The notes under the pieces: generated by a model | The model's database searches: none | What the model saw: only the letters and a program-made list of their open reading frames with translations | Told to the model about the DNA's origin: nothing | Shown here: piece after piece, positions 16,111 to 26,999 of the stretch | How the letters are laid out: the number at the start of each line of letters is the position of its first letter | Numbering within the stretch: position 1 is the first letter of the stretch | Virus record (IMG/VR): IMGVR_UViG_2915331061_000005 | Source: a virus | Lineage: Duplodnaviria > Heunggongvirae > Uroviricota > Caudoviricetes | Reading direction: 5' to 3' (one strand) | Length of the DNA: 64,000 nucleotides | Made by a program: the position numbers and the translations under genes

Positions 16111-16496
16111 CAGAACTCCACCCTCGCCTGTTCTGCGTTCCACACGCCAGTGACGGTCAGGCCGTCAAGGCTGCTGAACGTGGCGGAAAAAGGATTTTTC
16201 GTCACGTTTGTGCCGAACTTCAGCTCAATGGCCTTGATGCTGGCGTTCATAGCTGCCACACTGGCACGGATGTCGCTGTGGGCGTTCTCCGCACCGTTGT
16301 GAGCGTCCACGGCTGCGCTGATGCGCTGGTCGGTCTCGGCCTTTTTGTAGCCGTCCACTTCCCACCGCTGGCTCTCGGTCAGGTGGCCGTCTGCATCCAG
16401 CGTGGCAATGCCGCCCGGTACGCCGATCTGGTCAGTGCGGACAACATCTTCATCCGGCGCCTTGCCGGGGCCTGCGTTAAAAGAACCGTATGCCAT
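16110..16496 (-). CDS. Tail fibre protein (GIATLDADGHL motif)
   Basis: Conserved tail-fibre N-terminal motif. ATGA-type coupling with the downstream gene. Confidence 0.45.
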   Translation of the reverse strand: MAYGSFNAGPGKAPDEDVVRTDQIGVPGGIATLDADGHLTESQRWEVDGYKKAETDQRISAAVDAHNGAENAHSDIRASVAAMNASIKAIELKFGTNVTKNPFSATFSSLDGLTVTGVWNAEQARVEF

Positions 16497-16946
16497 TTAG
16501 GTTCCCCCTTCCTGTGCATCCGTGTATTTCACGGTGCTTGTAATGTGATACTGTGCAGAAATTTTCTCGGTCGGAGCTTTGGCGGCCCTCAGCCGCAGCT
16601 TTCCTTCGAGGCTTTCGGTCGCAATAAAGCCCACCGCACCCGCCACATCGTAAAATTCCGGCAGTACCGTAACATCCACAATGTCGGTAGCCAACAGGCC
16701 CGCAATGGGGATGTCACAATAAAAATAGCCGGGGGAGGAATCATCCTCGCCCCAGCCATCGACCGGAATCGTAAAAGACACCGCAGCCGTGACATCCTGC
16801 TTTTCGTGCAGGATGTCATCGGTTTCCTCGAATCCGTTTGCCGTTGCTTCGGAAAGGTCTCCGAGTGCGGTGTTGCACTGCTTGATGTGGCTGCAAAGCG
16901 CGGCAAGCCCTGTGCCCAAAAGCGTTTTGATCTTCGCTTTTGCCAT
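16497..16946 (-). CDS. Tail-associated hypothetical protein
   Basis: Position within the fibre/baseplate cluster. Confidence 0.35.
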   Translation of the reverse strand: MAKAKIKTLLGTGLAALCSHIKQCNTALGDLSEATANGFEETDDILHEKQDVTAAVSFTIPVDGWGEDDSSPGYFYCDIPIAGLLATDIVDVTVLPEFYDVAGAVGFIATESLEGKLRLRAAKAPTEKISAQYHITSTVKYTDAQEGGT

Positions 16947-16966
16947 AGAGCTTACCTCCTCATGTC

Positions 16967-17836
16967 TTAGTCAGCCAGCAGAGCGGCGATCTCCTCTGCG
17001 GAGAAGTCCTCCACATCCTCGTCGTGCAGAACATTCTCCGGCTCGGTGTACACGACGACTTCCTTGCCGTCAATGTTCACATTGCCGTTGGTGGAGCTGG
17101 CTGCGGTCTTGGTGGCACCCTCAGAGACACCGGCCAGCTTTTCGCCCTCGGCATCGGTCATCAGGCGCTTGCCAGCCTCGGCGGCCACAAAGTCGGCAGG
17201 CTTCTTGCCGCTGTCGGTCAGGTTGCCCTCGCCGTCCAGCGCAGCGAGGTTGCCGGTGGTAGCACCAGTGACCTTATCGGCCTTGCCGGAAATGTCCACT
17301 TCCTCAGGGGTGGGAACATACAGACCGTCGTCCTTCAGGGTCAGAGCGTTGCCCGCAGCAGCGGAAACATTGACCTTGACATCCACCTCATAGCCAGCGA
17401 TGGTAACGGTGGTGGAAGCATCCTTGCCGACGGCCTTAGCCTTGTAGGTATCCACCAGCGCAGCCATGCTCAGGAAAGAGTAGGTGCAGGAGTCAGGATT
17501 CTCGCCCTTGACGGCCAGCACCATGACGGGCTTGCCGTCCAGCTTGGGGTCGGTAGCGCCGGGATAGGTGGCGGCATCGAACTTGAACTTTGCCACGAAG
17601 GTGGTCTTGGTCTGGTCGAGGAACAGCTCAGAGGGGAAGTCAACGGAGAAAGCAGCAGTGCCGCTCTTGTCGGTAGAGGTGTAGAAGTTCACGGTGTTGC
17701 CGTCAACGCCAAGAGACTTGATAGCAGCGTTGGCTGCGGTCTGCACAGGGGTAAAGGCGTCCTTCTTGACGAAAGTCTTCTTGATCTCAGCGGTCAGGTT
17801 GCGGATGGTGGTCTTGGTAGAAATCTGCTTAGACAT
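16967..17836 (-). CDS. Tail fibre / baseplate-attached protein (XkdV-like)
   Basis: GNLAALDGEGNLTDSG fibre motif. Position. Confidence 0.4.
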   Translation of the reverse strand: MSKQISTKTTIRNLTAEIKKTFVKKDAFTPVQTAANAAIKSLGVDGNTVNFYTSTDKSGTAAFSVDFPSELFLDQTKTTFVAKFKFDAATYPGATDPKLDGKPVMVLAVKGENPDSCTYSFLSMAALVDTYKAKAVGKDASTTVTIAGYEVDVKVNVSAAAGNALTLKDDGLYVPTPEEVDISGKADKVTGATTGNLAALDGEGNLTDSGKKPADFVAAEAGKRLMTDAEGEKLAGVSEGATKTAASSTNGNVNIDGKEVVVYTEPENVLHDEDVEDFSAEEIAALLAD

Positions 17837-17855
17837 AATAGTGTCCTCCTAAAAA

Positions 17856-18980
17856 TTATTTCAGCATATCAACGATTTCCTGCTGCGTTTCTTCCTCGTC
17901 GAGCAGGTCTTCACTCGTCATAACGGTTTCTTTGCGGACGGTCAGCGCGTTTGCGCTGTCGAAGTCAAGACCTTCGCCGATGCGGACGGCAATAGCGCCG
18001 CTTGCGTCGCGCTTCAAGCCCTGACCGATGCTTACGCTACCGGTTTCACCCGAACCACCTCCTTTCCCGAACAGGGTTACGGTCGCCTGAATATCTGCTT
18101 CCGGGATGCGCTGAGCGAAAAATCTGATGAAACCATCATGCGTTTCGCACCCGTTCAGGACGCCCGCTTTGGTCGTAGTATAGAAGCTGCCGGGAGATAC
18201 AACGCCAACGGGTACAAGCTCGCTGGTGCTGTCCGACAGTTCTGCATCATAAATGCACTGGTAGTAATCCATACCGCCAGCGTTTTCGTAATCATCCTCG
18301 CTGCGGGCGGGCTTCCACCCGTCAGCCGCAAGGGTGAGTTCGTAGGAGCCATAGTAGCCGCCTGTTCCGCCGTCCACCTGTTCCTTGATAAGAGCCTTTA
18401 CCTGTTCTTCGTTCAGGATTTCCCCGGATTCAGACAGGTTCTTCACGGCTGCGCTGACCGCTGCCGTGATAGTCGCCGCATGGGCGTCGGCGGCGGCGTT
18501 GTGCTTCTCAATTTCGGCCTTGACCAGCTTCATCAAAGCCTGCATCTGCGGGCTGAGGGCAATTTCGATTTTTGCTTTGTTCGAGATTGCAATAAGGGCA
18601 GCAATCTCAATTTCAAAATCAGCGTTCACGCTGGATGCAGGGACTTCGATTCCACGTTCATCCTGCATGATGAACAGCAGCACTTCGGCATCATCATTCA
18701 GGCGGCCATATACGCCGATCTGGTGCATGATGTAAGTGCTTTCTGCTCCGGTAATCTGGATGCTGACTTTCCGGGCCGTTTCCTCTCCGTCCTTTACGGT
18801 GTCAATCGCAAGGATGGTCAGTTCGTGCGTTTCGCCGCTGACGGTCGTTTCTGCCGACAAGTCGGTTTCAACGATGCCGGTGCCGCTCACGGCGCGGGTG
18901 ATGGTGAGCGCGCCGCCGGAGAGGGATTCCGACAGGAGCGCGGCACCGGCAGTTGTATAACTGGATTTTTCCCAACTCAT
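17856..18980 (-). CDS. Tail fibre / baseplate protein
   Basis: 374 aa. Position after the baseplate I-like gene. Confidence 0.4.
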   Translation of the reverse strand: MSWEKSSYTTAGAALLSESLSGGALTITRAVSGTGIVETDLSAETTVSGETHELTILAIDTVKDGEETARKVSIQITGAESTYIMHQIGVYGRLNDDAEVLLFIMQDERGIEVPASSVNADFEIEIAALIAISNKAKIEIALSPQMQALMKLVKAEIEKHNAAADAHAATITAAVSAAVKNLSESGEILNEEQVKALIKEQVDGGTGGYYGSYELTLAADGWKPARSEDDYENAGGMDYYQCIYDAELSDSTSELVPVGVVSPGSFYTTTKAGVLNGCETHDGFIRFFAQRIPEADIQATVTLFGKGGGSGETGSVSIGQGLKRDASGAIAVRIGEGLDFDSANALTVRKETVMTSEDLLDEEETQQEIVDMLK

Positions 18981-19753
18981 GTTGTCTGTCCTCCAATCTT
19001 GATGGTTACGGTTTCGTGCGTGTGCGCAAGCCCGCCGGTGGCGTATGCCTGCGCGGTGATGTTTTTCGGGTGGATGGCTCCGGGCAGTTCAACGGTCGTC
19101 TGCATCCGCGCTGCGCTCATAGCACCGGCAACATAGCCACGAGCCGTGACGGCGCGGGGTTTGATGCTTCCGGGCAGCCAAACGGTGCAAAAGGCAGCCA
19201 TTCCGCAGGGTGCGGCGGCGATATAAGCGGGCGACCGTTCATGCGGTTCGACGATGTAGATGATGTGCTCAAGGTGAGCAGTGCAGCGTTTTGTGTAGCC
19301 CAGCAGCTTTTCCATTTCTGCTGCGGTGTGATATGTTTCCTGATCGTCGGTGATGTCAACATACAGTTTCCAGAATCCCGGTGTCCCCCCATACGAGAAC
19401 CATTCCTCAATTCTGGCTTTTTTGTAAATTGTCTCCACCTGTTCACGAACAGCCTTTACCGTTCCTGCATAACGCTGGATTTCAATTGCGGTTCTTACGA
19501 GCTTACGCTTCGTCTCAATATCGGCGGCAGAATCGTACCATTCGATTTTGAGATAGATTGCCATTTGATCCAGCATTCCCTCGCTACAGTTATCCACATC
19601 CGAGAACGTCATGCCCGTTGCCAGATATTCCAGCATCCGGCCTTGAAGTTCCCCGTATACTGCAGACAGCACCTTTGCCCACGGCTGTTCAGCAACGACC
19701 CGCGGCAGTCCATCTGCAATTCTCGCGTCCTGCAGCTTAATCATCCTCGACAC
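18977..19753 (-). CDS. Baseplate/tail protein I-like (XkdU/DUF2313-like)
   Basis: Position immediately downstream of baseplate J. Size 258 aa. Confidence 0.4.
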   Translation of the reverse strand: MSRMIKLQDARIADGLPRVVAEQPWAKVLSAVYGELQGRMLEYLATGMTFSDVDNCSEGMLDQMAIYLKIEWYDSAADIETKRKLVRTAIEIQRYAGTVKAVREQVETIYKKARIEEWFSYGGTPGFWKLYVDITDDQETYHTAAEMEKLLGYTKRCTAHLEHIIYIVEPHERSPAYIAAAPCGMAAFCTVWLPGSIKPRAVTARGYVAGAMSAARMQTTVELPGAIHPKNITAQAYATGGLAHTHETVTIKIGGQTT

Positions 19754-20918
19754 CTCCGTAGATGATCGTCGGGGTTCCGCTCAGTTTTGGGATTTGCACT
19801 GTTGCTTTTTCCAAATCCGAACCGCCTTCGACTACCATGTAAACCGGTTGTCTAAGCTCTACTCGTTTTACGCCAGCGACACGCAAGCGATAAATCAATT
19901 CCATCGGGCTAATGTCTCTCCCGATGGAGCGCTGCCACTGCTGAAATTCCTCAACAGCTTTTGTAACGTTTTCCTGAACAATACTTGCGCCCTTCGCGTT
20001 GCCCGCTCCGATATAATAGGTAAAGTCAATTCCGTACTCCACTTCTTCCGGGGCCTTACAGATCACCTGATCTGTCATGGGGCGTCGAGCTTCGTTCATC
20101 AGATATGCTTGCATTTCGCTCATATCCTTTTCACTCGGCATCCTTCCGCCCGTCAGCATGAAAAAGATATACACTGTGCAAGGCTGGCTCCGTGGACTGA
20201 CTGCAATTGCATTTTCCACATCAGAGCGGAAGCTCATTGCCCAATACTCGTAGGCGTCTCGCGGCCCTGCGCAACTATACGTTGTCGGTGACAGCCAAAT
20301 CCGCCGGGTCAAGCTATCGTCGCTTTCCGCGTCTGCGCCGCCGCTGGATGTATCCACATTCTCCACTGCCGCAACATAAGGAATGGCGTCTACCAGCGTA
20401 TCGACAACGCCGATTGGAACGTCGTTTCCGCTGGCTCCTACCACCTCGGCTTGCGCCAACACATCAACATAGGTCTCGCCAATGGCAATCTGTGCATAGG
20501 CCGCTGTGGCAAAATAAATACCCGCGGCAGTTCTGACGCGGGTTCCCTGTGGAATCATTACAACTGTTTTTTGTTCAGCCGAAAGATTAAATCGGATTGT
20601 CACCGTTGCATAGGTTGCTTCATTCCGCTTCACGCCGAACGGAAGCCCCATATTATCCAGCGCTGCACCCGTTGCTGTTTTCAGCAAGGCGCAGCGGGTT
20701 CTTTTTTCTGCAACCTGCAGCACCATGTAATACAGCTCAGAAATACTTTTCAGCGTAAGAGTGATTGGGTCAGCACTGTGCAACGGCGGGGTTGTTCCGT
20801 TTACCGCTTTGTAATTTCGGGTGTAAATTTCTGTCACCAGATTATTTACATCCTCAAGCGTCATATTATCTGTGACGCTATACTCCGGGATTTCGGCAAA
20901 TTCAGCGATATTAGACAA
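19737..20918 (-). CDS. Baseplate J-like protein (XkdT/gpJ)
   Basis: 393 aa. Order V-W-J-I as in P2/PBSX. Confidence 0.6.
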   Translation of the reverse strand: MSNIAEFAEIPEYSVTDNMTLEDVNNLVTEIYTRNYKAVNGTTPPLHSADPITLTLKSISELYYMVLQVAEKRTRCALLKTATGAALDNMGLPFGVKRNEATYATVTIRFNLSAEQKTVVMIPQGTRVRTAAGIYFATAAYAQIAIGETYVDVLAQAEVVGASGNDVPIGVVDTLVDAIPYVAAVENVDTSSGGADAESDDSLTRRIWLSPTTYSCAGPRDAYEYWAMSFRSDVENAIAVSPRSQPCTVYIFFMLTGGRMPSEKDMSEMQAYLMNEARRPMTDQVICKAPEEVEYGIDFTYYIGAGNAKGASIVQENVTKAVEEFQQWQRSIGRDISPMELIYRLRVAGVKRVELRQPVYMVVEGGSDLEKATVQIPKLSGTPTIIYGGVEDD

Positions 20919-21237
20919 TGTTTATCACCACCTTCGGTCGAATGTTCCCCTGCTGGCTTCGGCTGGTTTCATAGCTTACTTCCAGCACTTGTGCCCTCGG
21001 TTCGTACTTCTTTGTCTTTCGGATGATCTCTGCCGTGAGCTTCGCTTCGGCAGCTTCGGCTGGCAGGCTCAAGCAGTCCATGTTCAGGCCAAACTCCCGG
21101 TCAAGTGCCTGTTCACCTTCTCGGCTCCCATAAAGCGTCTTGAGACAGTTATATACATCCCGTTCTTCTGTGCTTTCGGACGGATTGATCTCTACATCAA
21201 TATCGCCCAGTATCAGCTTTTCCAGCTCACCGCTCAT
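20911..21237 (-). CDS. Baseplate wedge protein (gpW/gp25-like, XkdS-like)
   Basis: Internal start MSGELEKLILGDIDVEINPSE... ~108 aa. Position. Confidence 0.4.
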   Translation of the reverse strand: MSGELEKLILGDIDVEINPSESTEERDVYNCLKTLYGSREGEQALDREFGLNMDCLSLPAEAAEAKLTAEIIRKTKKYEPRAQVLEVSYETSRSQQGNIRPKVVINIV

Positions 21238-21644
21238 GTGTACTCCTTTAGCGTCAAGGTCAGCTTTCCGCTTGTCAGTCCCCAGAACCGATGTACCGCG
21301 CCCCATTCATCCGCTACTTTTTCAAGCATAAACGGATTTTGAGAAACCGGCCTGTTGTTGATGATGAAGTAGTCTACTGCTCCGGCTTCGCACAAATCCA
21401 TTAGGGCGTCAAAGACCTTTCGCGGATTTACTCCCAGCCTTGAACTAAGCGTAATGTTGAACTGATACTCTCGCAGGCCGGGACTTACATATTCGCTTTT
21501 ATCTTTTCCGCCGATCACGCTGTGCGTCGCCCAGTTGCTCGACGTACTTCCACTGATGTTGTCCGGCGTAAGAACTCGCCAACTTGATACCGTAAACACC
21601 AGTCCAGCAAAGCTACCGATGCTGCCCCATGCCATAAAGAACAC
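21234..21644 (-). CDS. Tail/baseplate hypothetical (XkdR-like position)
   Basis: 136 aa, between spike and wedge genes. Confidence 0.35.
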   Translation of the reverse strand: MFFMAWGSIGSFAGLVFTVSSWRVLTPDNISGSTSSNWATHSVIGGKDKSEYVSPGLREYQFNITLSSRLGVNPRKVFDALMDLCEAGAVDYFIINNRPVSQNPFMLEKVADEWGAVHRFWGLTSGKLTLTLKEYT

Positions 21645-21648
21645 CCCC

Positions 21649-22266
21649 TCACTTTACCGGGACGCCGGTATTCCCCGAAACAGTATACGGGCCAGCTTTT
21701 GCCGACCCGTCATGTTCGTGCTTGTGATTCACAAGGCTTACGCCATTGATTTTGCAGTCGCCAGAGCCGCCCGAAATATTCACCGTTGCTCCTGTGATTT
21801 TCACCGTCGTTCCGGTAATTTCAATCGTTCCGCTCTGGCAAACCTTGACGGTCGAAGCCCCGACCTTGAAGGTCACGTCCCCACCAACAGTGAAGTCCAG
21901 ATTTTTACCGATGGTCTCTTTTGCATTCCCGTCGATTTTTTCTTCATAGTCTCCGCTATCTCCATCGTATTGTTCAAAGGCTTTGCCCTTCTTATCGTTG
22001 TAGTCATACCGGTAACGTTGTTTCTTTCCACCGACCGGCTTGTTATCCTCATTCCAGAACGTTCCGATGCACGTTCCCATTTCCTGACTATCGGAATTGT
22101 GGAGAACGCAAACCATAGCACCGACAACCGGCATCCGGTACAGCGCATTTGAAACCACACAGATTTCATCGGTCACAGAACCGTCCCGATCTTCATATGC
22201 AACTTCAATTGTGCCATCCTCGTAATTCACTTTGGACACTGTGCCAATGCGAATGACGCTGCTCAT
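21649..22266 (-). CDS. Baseplate spike protein (gpV-like OB-fold plus beta-helix)
   Basis: N-terminal VIRIGTVSKVNYEDGTIEV...CVV and C-terminal ITGTTVKITGATVNISG repeats. Confidence 0.5.
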   Translation of the reverse strand: MSSVIRIGTVSKVNYEDGTIEVAYEDRDGSVTDEICVVSNALYRMPVVGAMVCVLHNSDSQEMGTCIGTFWNEDNKPVGGKKQRYRYDYNDKKGKAFEQYDGDSGDYEEKIDGNAKETIGKNLDFTVGGDVTFKVGASTVKVCQSGTIEITGTTVKITGATVNISGGSGDCKINGVSLVNHKHEHDGSAKAGPYTVSGNTGVPVK

Positions 22267-22270
22267 CGTG

Positions 22271-23269
22271 TCACCCTCCCACTCTGCTTGCTGAGACCTT
22301 CGTCACAAAACCGCCGGATTTATTCATGGTGTGCCCTACACTGTCCATGTAATATTTTCCGTCGATTTTCCCATATCCTTCCACGTCAATACACTGCGTC
22401 GCGCAATATGTCAGGTTTCCCATAGTCGTAAAGGAAATGGTTGTAGCCGAATGGTTTTTGTTGTCGATAGCCGCCTGCAGCTGCCGTTTTGCGTCCGCTT
22501 CACTTGATGCATACTGGTTTAGCTTCAACATCCGGTCTGCCGTTCCGATTGTCACCTTGATATTCACTTTTTTCTTTTGGTTGGAATAAGTGAACTCGCC
22601 TCCGGTGTATGTTCCTGCCAGCGTTGTGTTCCAGCTCAACGAGCCGGGCACAATGTCAATCGGTTTTACCGTTGCTACCGAATCCTTTTTCTTGTACTTT
22701 TCACGGTCAAAAATCCAGATTTTGTTCCGGTATGTTTTGAGGATCAGCCCGTATGTGCTGCAAATTTTCTGCAAGAAAGAGCTGTCATTATCGTCCTGTT
22801 CTTTCAGAGCGACGCTGACATCCTCTGCATCCATCTTGCATTCCAAGCCGTACCGCCCAGCAATGGTTTCTGCAATGCGTTTGATGCTCGTGTTCTTCCA
22901 AACCTGCTCTCTGTTTTTTTCATGAAAGCTCGTCCCGTTTGGCCGGGCGACCGCTCCAATCGTCAAAACATCCGGGCAGGCCGAAAAGCTCAGATCATCA
23001 ACTACCAGCGTTCCACAATCCAAAACGGTTCTATCCCCCTGCACGATCCAGTTTGTCGTGCAGAGGGTCGGGTGCAGCACAGCTTCCTTGTCTGGCATCC
23101 ACGAATCGATCCACTTGTGATCCATCGCGTTTACCTTAATAGAAAGGCTGTCACTCGAATCCGAACCGCTATCGGTGTATGTGAAGTTTTCCACATCTTT
23201 GCGGATGTCGCTTGAAATGTCCTTTCCGTCATATTCAAGCGTCAGGAACGCTTGACGTGGCGTAATCAT
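22271..23269 (-). CDS. Tail protein gpD/XkdQ-like
   Basis: 332 aa, directly downstream of tape measure and LysM genes as in P2/PBSX. Confidence 0.45.
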   Translation of the reverse strand: MITPRQAFLTLEYDGKDISSDIRKDVENFTYTDSGSDSSDSLSIKVNAMDHKWIDSWMPDKEAVLHPTLCTTNWIVQGDRTVLDCGTLVVDDLSFSACPDVLTIGAVARPNGTSFHEKNREQVWKNTSIKRIAETIAGRYGLECKMDAEDVSVALKEQDDNDSSFLQKICSTYGLILKTYRNKIWIFDREKYKKKDSVATVKPIDIVPGSLSWNTTLAGTYTGGEFTYSNQKKKVNIKVTIGTADRMLKLNQYASSEADAKRQLQAAIDNKNHSATTISFTTMGNLTYCATQCIDVEGYGKIDGKYYMDSVGHTMNKSGGFVTKVSASRVGG

Positions 23270-23279
23270 CCCTCACACC

Positions 23280-23483
23280 TCACCTTTTCCAAGGCGGCAG
23301 ACTTTCGTCTGTTTTTGCCTTAACTTCCACTTCCGGCGTGGCAAGCACCACCCCGGAATCAAACTTGTACACCTCGATATACTCCCGGTTGGCAGTCATC
23401 AGCACATCGGCTTTCAACTCGTCACCGTAGACAGTTTTTGCAATACCATCCCAAGTGTCACCGCTCTTTGTCGTGTAAGACAT
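23280..23483 (-). CDS. LysM-like tail protein X (XkdP-like)
   Basis: YTTKSGDTWDGIAKTVYGDE LysM-like motif. 67 aa. Confidence 0.5.
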   Translation of the reverse strand: MSYTTKSGDTWDGIAKTVYGDELKADVLMTANREYIEVYKFDSGVVLATPEVEVKAKTDESLPPWKR

Positions 23484-23495
23484 CAGGCCACCTCC

Positions 23496-26400
23496 TTATG
23501 CATACCGGGTTCGATTGTTTTCTCGGTTGTATTTGTCCATAAAGGCTTTGAACTTTTCGTACTCGTCCTCCATAATCGAAGCAATCTGCTGGCGGTCTGC
23601 ATCACCAGTGATTGTGATGTTCGGGGCAAATACAAACTGCGGAGAGCTTCCGCCGTTTCCGCCGGGTGCAGGTGTATTCTGATATGCGCTCACCGGGATT
23701 TCGGACAGCGTGCGCCCGGTATCCCTCGGCGGCAGCACATAAAGCGGCGTTCCGGTGTCTGTAAGAACGCCGTCCTGCCAGCTTGAAAGCACCGTTCCGC
23801 CGTTGTAGTTTTTGGCTGCTTCGGTCAGTGCAGTGGTTACAGGGCTGTCACTTCCGAGGTACTTGTTCAGCAGAAGCGGAGCAACATCAGCTGCAATGCT
23901 GGTCGCCGCCAGTGCAAGTGAAGCGTCACCAGACATTGAGTTGTTGGCGACCGTCCATAGCATCGACAAAGCGTCGCCGGTGGTTCGGATGCCATTGGAA
24001 CGCAGTGCGTACTTACCGTATGCTTTGGAGAAATCAATCAGGTTGTCCAGTTTTTCCTTGCTCCCGTCGGTGAAACCGCCGTTTGCAAAATACCGTACAC
24101 CCGCCGCACGAGTTGCATCCTCGCCAGACACTCCCAGCATCCGGCCTGCACGCACCCAGTTTTCGACGTTGCTATCATGAACGCTAGGCTTGAAGCTGAT
24201 AACCGCCTCTGTTCCAGCTTCGCCCGCAATGCTGACACCGTGAGTAAAACCGCCGTTCGCAAAGGCAGGCATTGCAACTTCTTTCAGGTTGAAGCCGAAT
24301 TTTTTTCCACCGAGGGCATGCACCCAATCAGGCACCGTAAAAGACACTTTGTTTAGCGTGCCGATGATTGCATTCACAACCGTAATCGTCACCGATACAA
24401 TGCCCTTTATCAATCCGACAATGCCCTGAATAACAGGTTCAATCACCGGCAACAGTCCATGGATCACATCGACGACGAGCTTGATTGCGTTTATCAGGGT
24501 TGTACCAACCAGACTGATAATCATGCTTATCAGCGGCGACACTGCGGGGAACAATTCGTTTACAGCGAAGCTCATAATATCAGCCAGCAGCGGCTTAATA
24601 TGATTCACTCCGAGGTCTACGATCTGTCCAATCAGCCCTTTCACCGATTCGATAATCGGTATCACTGCCCCGAAGGTGGTTCCCAAGTCGTCGATGCCGA
24701 AAATGCTCTTTCCGCTCAAGCTCTGCTGGATGTTTTGCAGGTTTTCCAAAGAGAATGCATTGCTCACCGAATCTCGGACGTTGCCTGCAATATCGTGGAT
24801 TTTACTCGTAAATCCATCAAACATCGCCAGTCCCTTTTCGCCGAACACGTTCCCGACGATCTGGCGGATGTCCTCAAAGTGATCTCCCAGCAGACTGACC
24901 ACTGCGATGATTCCACCGATTCCGGTAATCACCGGGCCGAAGGTGCCGAGCAATCCCATAAATGCACCGCCCAATTTACCGGCTATCGGGCCTACCGCCG
25001 TGTTGGCTAGGCTCAGTCCAGAACCAAGGAACTTGAACGTGTCCCCTGTTCCTTTCGCAATTCCCCCGCCAACCTTTAAGGCAAATTGTCCAGCTTTAGT
25101 AGATGCCGCGCGGCCTGCCAGATTTTTTACGCCGCCAATTGCCGTTCCTGCAATGTTTTTTGCTCCGCCCAGCAATCCTTGTCCAAAGCCCATAGCCTTT
25201 TGGCCCATGTTCCCTACAAAGCCGCCAAGTTGTGTACCGGCAACTTTTTGGCCGATCCACTTTCCAACGCCGACCGTGTTCTGAATAAAGTCTGTCCCCG
25301 CCAGATTTTTTGCAGACCTTGCAACTCTGGCTCCGTATTGCCCTATCGAACTGCCTTTCAACAGTCCGATTATTCCGCCGGAAGCCTGTGCCTGCTGAAT
25401 GCTGCCAAACAGCGCACTCGTTGCCTTTGCCATCCCAGCAGGTGTCTTTGCTCCAAACAGCTTCTTGCTGTTTTGCATTCCAAGGACGCTACCAAGTATG
25501 GTGTTCTGCACTCTCTGCCCGAAGCTAGGATTGCTGCCCGCCGGAACAGCGCTGTTTGCCAGCTGTGTTCCAAGTTTTGCAGCCTGCCACAGATTGCCAG
25601 CTTTTCCTGCACCAGACACGCCCTTCTGTACAAGCCCCACAGGGCTTGCCGCCCCGCTTGCAAACTTCGTCGCGCTGGATACCACCTGCAGGATTTGCGG
25701 TGCAAACCGCATTCCTGCCCATGCCGTGCCGATACCCGCGATGGTCGCAGCTACCTTATCGCCATTATTCAGCAGATACTCAATTACCTGCCTTACACGT
25801 TCTGCAATATCCGGCAGAGCGGCGCGGAGGTCATTCAGCTTTTCGATGCCAAACCCGGCTACATCTTTCAGCACCGGAAGGAAATTATTTCCAACCTCAA
25901 TGCGGACGGCCCGCCATACGCTCCCAAGCATCGTCAATACAGATTCAGAGGTTTCGCATTTCAGCATAAACTCTTTATACATACTGCCGTTATACTTAGA
26001 AGCATCGCCTACGTCGTCCAGCGTTTTCACAAACAAGTCAAGATTGCCGGTTAGTTTTGCGCCACTCTCAATGGCCCACTGACCGAGCAGAGTTTTCAGA
26101 TAGCCCACTTGCTTGTCTTTCGGCTGAGTACCGATAGCGGTAAACAAACTTTTCAATGCTGCCGGGGCGTCTTTTTGCATATCCTTTGCAAACTGTTCCG
26201 CGGTAAATCCCAGCTGTTCAAAAGCCGCAGACTGTGCATCTGTAGCTTTTGAACCCATAGAAAGGTTCGTATACATCCGGCGGATGGATGTTGCCACTTT
26301 ATCAGAATCAACGCCCATTGCCAGCAGTGCTGTAGAAAGCGCTGCCGTGCTCTGAACATCCATGCCAGCGATTTGACCCAGAGAGCCGGTGTCGTTTACG

Positions 26401-26999
26401 GTCTGGGCAATTTCAGCGGCGGTCGTTGCGTAGTGGGCACCCAGATAGTTAATCTGGTCTGCCAGCTCCATGACCTGATTGTGGTTCATGTTGAATGCAA
26501 CTTCCCACTTTGCTGCCCAGTCGCCTGCCTGATCCGCAGAAATATCCATGGCCGTGCCCATTTCGGCAACGTCCTTTAGAAACCCGCCGCTTATTAGGTC
26601 ATCCATGCTCTTTCCGGACTGACCAGCCGCAGCTGCCAGACGTGTCAGCTCTTTGGCGGTGTACGGAATTTGTGTGCTCAAGTCAAGAATGTCTTTCGAC
26701 ATTTCCGCATAAGCGTCCGTTTTGACCTTTCCGTTCGCGTCCGTCAGACCGCCAACGTACTTCGTCACATCAAGCATTTCGCTTTCAAATGCAACTGCTT
26801 CTTTTGTTGCATCTACCAGCCCCGCTGTAATGCCGCTTGCTATGCCCACCGTTACTTTTGCGATATTCGCTGCCAGTTTCGATGCGCCGTTCGCCATACT
26901 GCTGAGCTGAGTATTCGCAGACTTTACAGCCTGCGTCAGCGAGTTATCAACGTGACCGCCGATCAAAATAGAAAGCTCTAGGGTTTGATTTTTTGCCAC
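23496..26999 (-). CDS. Tail tape measure protein
   Basis: 1167 aa, Ala/Gly-rich helical repeats, position after the chaperone. Confidence 0.85.
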   Translation of the reverse strand: MAKNQTLELSILIGGHVDNSLTQAVKSANTQLSSMANGASKLAANIAKVTVGIASGITAGLVDATKEAVAFESEMLDVTKYVGGLTDANGKVKTDAYAEMSKDILDLSTQIPYTAKELTRLAAAAGQSGKSMDDLISGGFLKDVAEMGTAMDISADQAGDWAAKWEVAFNMNHNQVMELADQINYLGAHYATTAAEIAQTVNDTGSLGQIAGMDVQSTAALSTALLAMGVDSDKVATSIRRMYTNLSMGSKATDAQSAAFEQLGFTAEQFAKDMQKDAPAALKSLFTAIGTQPKDKQVGYLKTLLGQWAIESGAKLTGNLDLFVKTLDDVGDASKYNGSMYKEFMLKCETSESVLTMLGSVWRAVRIEVGNNFLPVLKDVAGFGIEKLNDLRAALPDIAERVRQVIEYLLNNGDKVAATIAGIGTAWAGMRFAPQILQVVSSATKFASGAASPVGLVQKGVSGAGKAGNLWQAAKLGTQLANSAVPAGSNPSFGQRVQNTILGSVLGMQNSKKLFGAKTPAGMAKATSALFGSIQQAQASGGIIGLLKGSSIGQYGARVARSAKNLAGTDFIQNTVGVGKWIGQKVAGTQLGGFVGNMGQKAMGFGQGLLGGAKNIAGTAIGGVKNLAGRAASTKAGQFALKVGGGIAKGTGDTFKFLGSGLSLANTAVGPIAGKLGGAFMGLLGTFGPVITGIGGIIAVVSLLGDHFEDIRQIVGNVFGEKGLAMFDGFTSKIHDIAGNVRDSVSNAFSLENLQNIQQSLSGKSIFGIDDLGTTFGAVIPIIESVKGLIGQIVDLGVNHIKPLLADIMSFAVNELFPAVSPLISMIISLVGTTLINAIKLVVDVIHGLLPVIEPVIQGIVGLIKGIVSVTITVVNAIIGTLNKVSFTVPDWVHALGGKKFGFNLKEVAMPAFANGGFTHGVSIAGEAGTEAVISFKPSVHDSNVENWVRAGRMLGVSGEDATRAAGVRYFANGGFTDGSKEKLDNLIDFSKAYGKYALRSNGIRTTGDALSMLWTVANNSMSGDASLALAATSIAADVAPLLLNKYLGSDSPVTTALTEAAKNYNGGTVLSSWQDGVLTDTGTPLYVLPPRDTGRTLSEIPVSAYQNTPAPGGNGGSSPQFVFAPNITITGDADRQQIASIMEDEYEKFKAFMDKYNRENNRTRYA